In this document: in pieces, positions 58,000-64,000 of the stretch
Layout of the letters: each line of letters begins with the position of its first letter
Position numbering within the stretch: position 1 is the first letter of the stretch
Assembly: GCA_046483495.1 (NCBI GenBank)
Contig: JAWODC010000049.1
Span: forward strand, 1-64,000
Reading direction: 5' to 3'
Origin: Desulfobacterales bacterium
Lineage (GTDB): Bacteria; Desulfobacterota; Desulfobacteria; Desulfobacterales; UBA5616
Length of the DNA stretch: 64,000 nucleotides
Made by a program: the position numbers and the translations under genes
The notes under the pieces: model-generated
What the model saw: the letters and a program-made list of their open reading frames with translations, nothing else
Databases searched by the model: none
Told to the model about the DNA's origin: nothing

Positions 58000-58845
58000 T
58001 CACCGCTCTCCATAAAGCCGATTCGCCGCCATCAGCCGTTCGACCGTCGGCTCGTGAACGGTAAACGGGATGGTAATTGGATCGGGTTCGGCAATGAAAA
58101 GGTGTTTTGTAAACGGCGTCTGTTGGAGATTCCGATTGAAAGCCATGATCATGAGTTTTTCGAGATTCACCACGTCTTCGATATTGTAGCGCAGAAGCGT
58201 TTCTAAAGCGTACTCATTTTTCCGCCAAACATAGTCCTCCCAGAGGCGAACGGCGAAAAATCCATCGATGCCCGTCAATTCACCTCGATCAATGCCCAAC
58301 TGCCGTTCGCAGCTTTTCAAGCCGCCGGAATATCCCAGACGCCTGAGGACATACCGCAGATCGATATGTGCCTGGTTCAGGCGTATGTTAAAAAACGTTT
58401 CCAGAAAGGGGATATCGAAGCATTTTCCGTTATATGTGATCAGCAGGTCGTACGCCGATATATCATCGACGAAGTCTTCCAGGTTTTGCCCGTTGACGTA
58501 ATGGCGAATGGTGAATCCGTCATATAGGGCGATGGTAGTGATCTCGCAGATAAAATCCAGGCCGGTGGTCTCGATATCGATGTAGGCGGTCTTGCTCCTG
58601 AAGCTGGAAAACAATCGCCAGTGTTGGTGGGACGGCAGTGCCGCAGTAAAGTAGGCGGTGTTCCGTGCTTCCAGATGCCGGATGGAATTGCCGACAGCCC
58701 GCCTGATGAATTCTTTACGAGGAACCTTTGCCGCCGGACCACATCGCAGTAGAAAGGTTTGCCAATCGGTAAAACCCGACTTCCACAAGCTCAGTTCCGT
58801 CTTTAACCCGATGCCGGGGATATGGCAGAACGTATTTTGGAGCAT
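58000..58845 (-). CDS. YprB-like RNase H-fold exonuclease
   Basis: HIPGIG, YIDIETTG, YNGKCFD, HIDLR, GGLKSCE, YNIED. Confidence 0.88.
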   Translation of the reverse strand: MLQNTFCHIPGIGLKTELSLWKSGFTDWQTFLLRCGPAAKVPRKEFIRRAVGNSIRHLEARNTAYFTAALPSHQHWRLFSSFRSKTAYIDIETTGLDFICEITTIALYDGFTIRHYVNGQNLEDFVDDISAYDLLITYNGKCFDIPFLETFFNIRLNQAHIDLRYVLRRLGYSGGLKSCERQLGIDRGELTGIDGFFAVRLWEDYVWRKNEYALETLLRYNIEDVVNLEKLMIMAFNRNLQQTPFTKHLFIAEPDPITIPFTVHEPTVERLMAANRLYGER

Positions 58846-58929
58846 ACCCGAAATATTTTTCCTTGTTGACATTCGAGAGCTCTTTTATCATGAATCACCT
58901 ATCAGGAAAAGCCTAACCCGGGTGTTGAA

Positions 58930-59544
58930 ATGAAAAAGAGATCGCCGGTATTCAAGGAAAATTATACCTATTATCTCGAGAAAATAAAGGCCGTTTCACT
59001 TGAAAAGACCGCACAACGTCTCGGCGCCGTCGTTGAGTCGGACGGCATTGTCATTCCCCTGTTCGGCAGGCCCTACCGATTGAACTCCGAAGGCGTTTCG
59101 GATTCTCGCGGAAATGTGCCGGACTACTTTACCTGTGTCGTGCTGTTTAAATACGTCCTTATGTGTCCGGATTGGGAGCCGGTGGCGGGCGACTGGGTAT
59201 CGTTCAAAGATTTCAGGGACGCCGCCCCGCTGGTCAGCTATTTTTCTCAGCGGGTGGAAGGCGATTTGACCCGGCATTTCGCAGGCAGAGCCGACCGGCT
59301 TGCATCCGCCTCCACGCGAATCGGGGGCGTCTTTTCGGATCTTCGCCTCTCCTACACCGTGGCTGCTGTTTTCGAGGCATTACCGAAGATCGCCGTCCTG
59401 GTCCTGTTCAACGACAAGGACGACGAATTTCCCGCCGCCTGTTCCGTCCTGTTCCGGAACCAGGCCCAGGCATACCTGGACATGGAATGCGTGGCAGGAC
59501 TCGGAAATAGGCTGTCGGAGAAGCTTATTGGAGCGGATCGTTGA
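58930..59544 (+). CDS. DUF3786-family protein
   Basis: FGRPY, KYVLMCP, WVSFKDF, ALPKI, DDEFPAACSVLF, YLDMEC. Confidence 0.85.
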   Translation: MKKRSPVFKENYTYYLEKIKAVSLEKTAQRLGAVVESDGIVIPLFGRPYRLNSEGVSDSRGNVPDYFTCVVLFKYVLMCPDWEPVAGDWVSFKDFRDAAPLVSYFSQRVEGDLTRHFAGRADRLASASTRIGGVFSDLRLSYTVAAVFEALPKIAVLVLFNDKDDEFPAACSVLFRNQAQAYLDMECVAGLGNRLSEKLIGADR

Positions 59545-59622
59545 ACAGGGGTTGACGCACACGGCAGGGGTTCGGTTGCAGGGCTCTTGTATCGCCGAAT
59601 ACGCCCGGAAAGATTCCAAAAA

Positions 59623-60975
59623 ATGAATCAATCCCAACCATCGGTTTTGGAACATCCCTTTATCCGCTCTCCGCACCGGACCCTTGCCGGCATGTCGTTT
59701 CCCGTACTGCTGTCCTTGATAGCAGAACCGATGACCGGACTGGTGGATACAGCTTTTGTTTCCCGGCTGGGTTCGGCGCCGCTCGCCGCCCTGGGAATCG
59801 GAGCGATGGTGCTGTCGGGCATTTTCTGGATCTTCAATTTTCTCGGAATCGGGACCCAAACCGGTATCGCCCAGGCATACGGAAACCGGGATTACGAAAG
59901 AGGCAGACAAACCGCCTGGACGGCCGTAATTGCAGGCGCCATTCTGGGATTGGGAGTGGCGGCTGTCTGCACGCCTCTGGTTTCCGCGATTTCACATGCC
60001 ATGGGAGCCACCCCGAATGTGCATACTGCGGCCGTTGAGTATCTGCACATCCGATTGCTCGGAGCTCCGGCCGTATTGGTTTCCGTGGCGGCATTCGGGG
60101 CCCTCAGAGGGTTGATGGACATGAAGACGCCGTTTTACATAGCCGTCTTCGTCAATGGGGTGAACATCGTTCTGGACGCCGTTTTGATTTTCGGATTCGG
60201 CAACCTTCCACCTATGGGAGTCGCCGGCGCGGCATTGGCGGCCACGATCAGCCAATATATGGGTGCTGTCTGGGCGGGGGCGGCGGTCTATCGAAGGTTC
60301 GGCTTTTTTATGCGCCTGCCTATGAAGGATTTGGCTCGACTCTTCCTGGTGGGAAGAGATCTGTTTATTCGAACCGGACTGATCATTTTTTTCCTGCTTC
60401 TAAGCACCCGCTCGGCGACTAAAATGGGTCCTGAAGCCGGGGCCGCGCATCAGGCCATTCGGCAGGTTTGGGTATTCACGGCTCTTTTTCTCGATGCATT
60501 CGCAATCACGGGACAAAGCCTGATCGGTTATTTTTTCGGCCCGGGGGAGGTGGGTACGGCCAGAAATGCCGCCAAGGTCATTTGTTTGTGGAGCATTGGC
60601 ACCGGACTTCTGCTGACCGCCGCCATGGTGGCGGGCCTGGGAATCGTCCGGTCGGTTCTGGTTCCCCCGGATGCCTTCTATGCCTTTGGCCCGGCCTGGC
60701 TTGTAGCCGCCGCAACCCAACCGGTCAATGCCGTCGCCTTTGCCACGGACGGTATTCACTGGGGAGCCGGGGATTGGCGGTACCTGAGGAACGTTGTCTG
60801 TCTTGCGACAGGATTTGGAGCTGCAGGTATTTTTTTCGTCGAACATTCGATTGACCCTTCCCTCATCGATGTCTGGATCGTAATCGCGTTTTGGCTGGTC
60901 ATACGGGCTTTTTTCGGTATTGCTCGAATTTGGCCCGGGTCGGGCACGGCCCCTTTAAAAAACCGCAAAAGATGA
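59623..60975 (+). CDS. MATE-family (DinF-like) efflux transporter
   Basis: EPMTGLVDTAFV, RGLMDMKTP, NIVLD, GVAGAALAT, AAHQ. Confidence 0.92.
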   Translation: MNQSQPSVLEHPFIRSPHRTLAGMSFPVLLSLIAEPMTGLVDTAFVSRLGSAPLAALGIGAMVLSGIFWIFNFLGIGTQTGIAQAYGNRDYERGRQTAWTAVIAGAILGLGVAAVCTPLVSAISHAMGATPNVHTAAVEYLHIRLLGAPAVLVSVAAFGALRGLMDMKTPFYIAVFVNGVNIVLDAVLIFGFGNLPPMGVAGAALAATISQYMGAVWAGAAVYRRFGFFMRLPMKDLARLFLVGRDLFIRTGLIIFFLLLSTRSATKMGPEAGAAHQAIRQVWVFTALFLDAFAITGQSLIGYFFGPGEVGTARNAAKVICLWSIGTGLLLTAAMVAGLGIVRSVLVPPDAFYAFGPAWLVAAATQPVNAVAFATDGIHWGAGDWRYLRNVVCLATGFGAAGIFFVEHSIDPSLIDVWIVIAFWLVIRAFFGIARIWPGSGTAPLKNRKR

Positions 60976-61124
60976 ATCCCGTTTCGTCTCGCCCGTCCCG
61001 CTTCGTGTGCCCAAACCGCTCCGAACTTCAAGATAAAAGGGGATTGTTGACATGATAAATCACCGCTAGGCCCTTGATTAAGCCGGATTCGGTCTTACCT
61101 CTTTAAAAAAAGGAGGTGTGTATC

Positions 61125-62174
61125 ATGAATCACGTCATCGTACTGCTGATTATGTCCATGCTGGGAATTATCGCCTTTAGTTCATGTGCGTCGGCCGATG
61201 TAAAAACGAAAACGGCCACGTTTGCGGGCGGTTGCTTCTGGTGTATGGAAAAACCCTTTGAAAAACTCGATGGTGTTGTCTCGGTGGTTTCCGGATATAC
61301 GGGGGGAAAAACGGAAAGCCCCACTTACGAAGAGGTTTCATCAGGTTCGACCGGGCATGCGGAAGCCGTTCAAATCATATATGATCCTTCTCGAATCAGT
61401 TATGGTAAGCTGCTGGAAGTATTCTGGCGTCAAATCGATCCCACGGATGCCGGCGGCCAGTTCGCCGACCGCGGAACCCAGTACCGTTCTGAGATTTTTT
61501 ACCATGATGATGAGCAGCGAAGGCTTGCTGAAACATCCAAACAGGTTCTTTCGGAAAGCGGGCGTTTCGACAAGCCTATCGTAACGAACATCACCCCGGC
61601 CGGGCCTTTTTACAAAGCCGAGGGTTACCATCAGGAGTATTACAAACATCATCCGGTTCGCTACCGGACGTACCGGTCCCATTCCGGAAGGGAATCCTTT
61701 TTGGAGAAAGCCTGGAATAATGATGAGACAATCTTGAGCGAAACCGCATCGAAATCAAACCTGAAGCAAAGGTTAACGCCGATGCAGTACCGGGTAACGC
61801 AGGAAAACGGCACCGAACCCCCGTTTGACAATGCTTATTGGGACAATAAAAAAGAGGGTATTTACGTGGACATCGTGTCCAATGAGCCCCTGTTCAGTTC
61901 CACGGACAAGTTTGAATCCGGTACGGGATGGCCGAGTTTCACCAAGCCCTTGGAGCCCGAAAATATTCTAGAAAAAGAGGATCGGTTCCTCTTTACCGTC
62001 CGGACGGAAGTGCGCAGCAAAAAGGGAGATTCCCATCTGGGGCACGTCTTCGACGACGGCCCTCCCCCCACCGGCCTGCGATACTGCATCAACTCGGCAG
62101 CCCTTCGCTTCATTCCGAAAAACGATTTGGAAAAAGAAGGATTCGGCCGGTATAAAACGCTTTTCAACGACTAA
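61125..62174 (+). CDS. msrAB: Exported bifunctional methionine sulfoxide reductase MsrA/MsrB
   Basis: Signal peptide, [41 protein letters not shown]. Confidence 0.95.
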   Translation: MNHVIVLLIMSMLGIIAFSSCASADVKTKTATFAGGCFWCMEKPFEKLDGVVSVVSGYTGGKTESPTYEEVSSGSTGHAEAVQIIYDPSRISYGKLLEVFWRQIDPTDAGGQFADRGTQYRSEIFYHDDEQRRLAETSKQVLSESGRFDKPIVTNITPAGPFYKAEGYHQEYYKHHPVRYRTYRSHSGRESFLEKAWNNDETILSETASKSNLKQRLTPMQYRVTQENGTEPPFDNAYWDNKKEGIYVDIVSNEPLFSSTDKFESGTGWPSFTKPLEPENILEKEDRFLFTVRTEVRSKKGDSHLGHVFDDGPPPTGLRYCINSAALRFIPKNDLEKEGFGRYKTLFND

Positions 62175-62190
62175 ACCATTCAACCACAAA

Positions 62191-62222
62191 AAAATCCGCC
62201 GGGACTGATCCCGGCGGATTTT
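62191..62222. terminator. Intrinsic (likely bidirectional) terminator
   Basis: AAAATCCGCCGGGA-CTGA-TCCCGGCGGATTTT perfect 14-bp stem after msrAB. Confidence 0.8.
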
Positions 62223-62396
62223 AACCGCCTCCGGACCGGCTGTTAAACATATCTTGATTCATCCCCACTGTTTTTGTTATGGATTGCAGGAGCCTTGTTC
62301 AGGTTTTTTCACTAGCGTTTGCGGGCGGTGTTTGGACATTCAGCGGCCAGGCCCGGTCTTTTGCGGGGTCGGGGCAAGGGCAAAGGAGGTCTTCCG

Positions 62397-64000
62397 ATGA
62401 CGACACAGCATTATGTTGAGGTTACCTATGAAAAGAATAATATTCTGGAACATGTGAAGGAGAGCATTGCCCGATTTCCGGATCGGGAACTCGTAATTTC
62501 CGGGGATGGATCCATACGCAAAACCTACCGGCAAGTCAATGAAAGGGCAAACCGGCTGGCCCGTCTTCTGCAACGATACGGCGTTAAAAAAGGCGATCGG
62601 GTTGCACTTTTTGAAAACAACCGGTGGCAGTATTTCGAGCAATACCTGGCGATTTTGAAGCTGGGTGCGATTTGCGTTCCCATGAACTTTCGATTGAAGA
62701 GCAGTGAGGCGCTGTTTATTTTAAATCAATCCGGCGCCGTCGTGCTGCTGTTCGAAGAACGGTATACCCCGATCTTCGAACCGATTTTACCGGAAATGGA
62801 ACATGTGAAGCATTTTTTATGCACCGCCGGCACCGTTCCCGATTGGGCCGGGGATTATGAACGCCTGCTGGCGGAATCTTCACCGGAGGATCTTCCGGCG
62901 CCCGACCTCGGCCTGGATGATATCTGCGCCATCTGCTACACCAGCGGCACCACCGGGTTGCCGAAAGGGTCCATTGCCACCCACCGGAACATCATGGTAA
63001 ATTTTTACTCGACCGAAATGGGTGAGGGATTCGATGATCCGATTTACAGTGAGAATGAACCGGGGTATCCTGTATTTCTGAACATCGTGCCCCTGTATCA
63101 CATCGCAGGCATCATTTCCACGTATGCCGTCATGTCATCCGGTGCCGCCATGGTTCTGCCCGATGCCTTTACCCCGAAGCTGTTCATGGAAACCGTGCAA
63201 CGGGAAAAGGTCAGCATTACGTATCTGGTGCCCACCATGTTCCACATGATTTTGGAGGATCCGGATTTCAAGAAATATGACCTCACGAGCCTGAAAAGCA
63301 TCGGATACGGCGCCATGCCGATGAACGATGCGCTCCTTCAGCGCATCCTTCGCGAATTCCCACCGGACATTCGATACAGCGATAATTTCGGCTGCACCGA
63401 ATGCAATGCCACCAGCATCGCCAAACGGCCGGAAGATCACGATCTTTCCGGGGAAGCGAAGGAGGTTGAAAAGAAACTTAAACGGCTTAAAGGAGTGGGC
63501 GTGGCAATGTCGTTCGGTATTGAAACGCGTATCGTCGATGAGCATAATCAGGAGGTCGGGCCCGGTGAAGTCGGGGAAATCGTTTGCAGGGGCGACAAGG
63601 TGACCCCCGGCTACTGGCAGAACCCCGAGGCAACAGCAAAAGCAATAGACGGGGAAGGCTGGTTTCATACCGGTGATATGGGGTGGAAGGATGAAGATGG
63701 GTTCTTTTATTTTGCCGACCGGGCCAAGGACATGATCAACCGGGGCGGGGAAAACATTTATCCCATGGAAGTGGAGCGCGTAATCGCCAAACATCCAAAG
63801 GTCATGGATGTGGCCGTTTACGGCGGTGCCGATCCAAAGTGGGGCCATATCGTGGCGGCCGCGGTGGTGCTCCGCCCGGGGGAAACACTTGCGGAAGAGG
63901 AGCTCATCTCCTTTTGCAAGGCCGATCTGGCCAGCTACAAGGTGCCGACTTTCATTGATTTTGTCGATTCACTGCCAAGAACATTCGAGGGCGGGAAGGT
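62397..64000 (+). CDS. Long-chain acyl-CoA synthetase / AMP-binding protein, runs off the window end (absent from ORF track)
   Basis: AAGGAGG RBS, MTTQHY..., YTSGTTGLPKG, PLYH, FGCTE, GWFHTGD, DRAKDMINRGGENIYP, LASYKVP. Confidence 0.93.
   Translation, partial: MTTQHYVEVTYEKNNILEHVKESIARFPDRELVISGDGSIRKTYRQVNERANRLARLLQRYGVKKGDRVALFENNRWQYFEQYLAILKLGAICVPMNFRLKSSEALFILNQSGAVVLLFEERYTPIFEPILPEMEHVKHFLCTAGTVPDWAGDYERLLAESSPEDLPAPDLGLDDICAICYTSGTTGLPKGSIATHRNIMVNFYSTEMGEGFDDPIYSENEPGYPVFLNIVPLYHIAGIISTYAVMSSGAAMVLPDAFTPKLFMETVQREKVSITYLVPTMFHMILEDPDFKKYDLTSLKSIGYGAMPMNDALLQRILREFPPDIRYSDNFGCTECNATSIAKRPEDHDLSGEAKEVEKKLKRLKGVGVAMSFGIETRIVDEHNQEVGPGEVGEIVCRGDKVTPGYWQNPEATAKAIDGEGWFHTGDMGWKDEDGFFYFADRAKDMINRGGENIYPMEVERVIAKHPKVMDVAVYGGADPKWGHIVAAAVVLRPGETLAEEELISFCKADLASYKVPTFIDFVDSLPRTFEGGK

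Noticed and set aside
62340..63848. Short track ORFs at the window end
   Set aside because: Explained as shadows of the plus-strand acyl-CoA synthetase from 62397, which has no stop inside the window
1..64000. CRISPR arrays, tRNA/rRNA, integrases, transposases, phage or defence genes
   Set aside because: No regularly spaced repeats, cloverleafs or diagnostic motifs seen by eye

Overview
Gene-dense 64 kb chromosomal segment that looks like a Desulfobacterota (deltaproteobacterial, Desulfobacterales-like) anaerobe; this is inferred from gene content, including DUF3786, DUF169, DUF362, a Sec-peroxiredoxin and ricT. I found no rRNA, tRNA, CRISPR array, integrase or transposase. 1-22 kb is a housekeeping/envelope core: surE-yhaM-tmk-(cysK-cysS fusion)-hypothetical on the minus strand, and lptD, a NusG paralog, ihfB, holB, ricT, metG, a PBP, kdnA, a giant GlmS-like gene and recD2 on the plus strand. 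22-43 kb covers CoA-dependent organic-acid catabolism, including a leucine/isovalerate (liu-like) cluster. 43-64 kb holds stress, redox and hydrolase genes (Hsp20, stand-alone GMP synthase B, CDF, Sec-peroxiredoxin, esterases, DUF362/ferredoxin, MATE, MsrAB) and several gene relics. Best leads: (1) a cysteine synthase fused to a CysRS-like domain that has lost both the HIGH and KMSKS motifs but keeps its Zn ligands; (2) a KdnA-like aminotransferase coupled to a 1253-aa GlmS paralog with an internal catalytic Cys, a large insertion and a C-terminal extension; (3) a UGA-recoded selenoprotein peroxiredoxin split in the ORF track; (4) an approx. 160-nt rod-like structured intergenic element; (5) a bidirectional promoter sharing one TATATATA box. 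All family calls come from motif recognition, not database searches.
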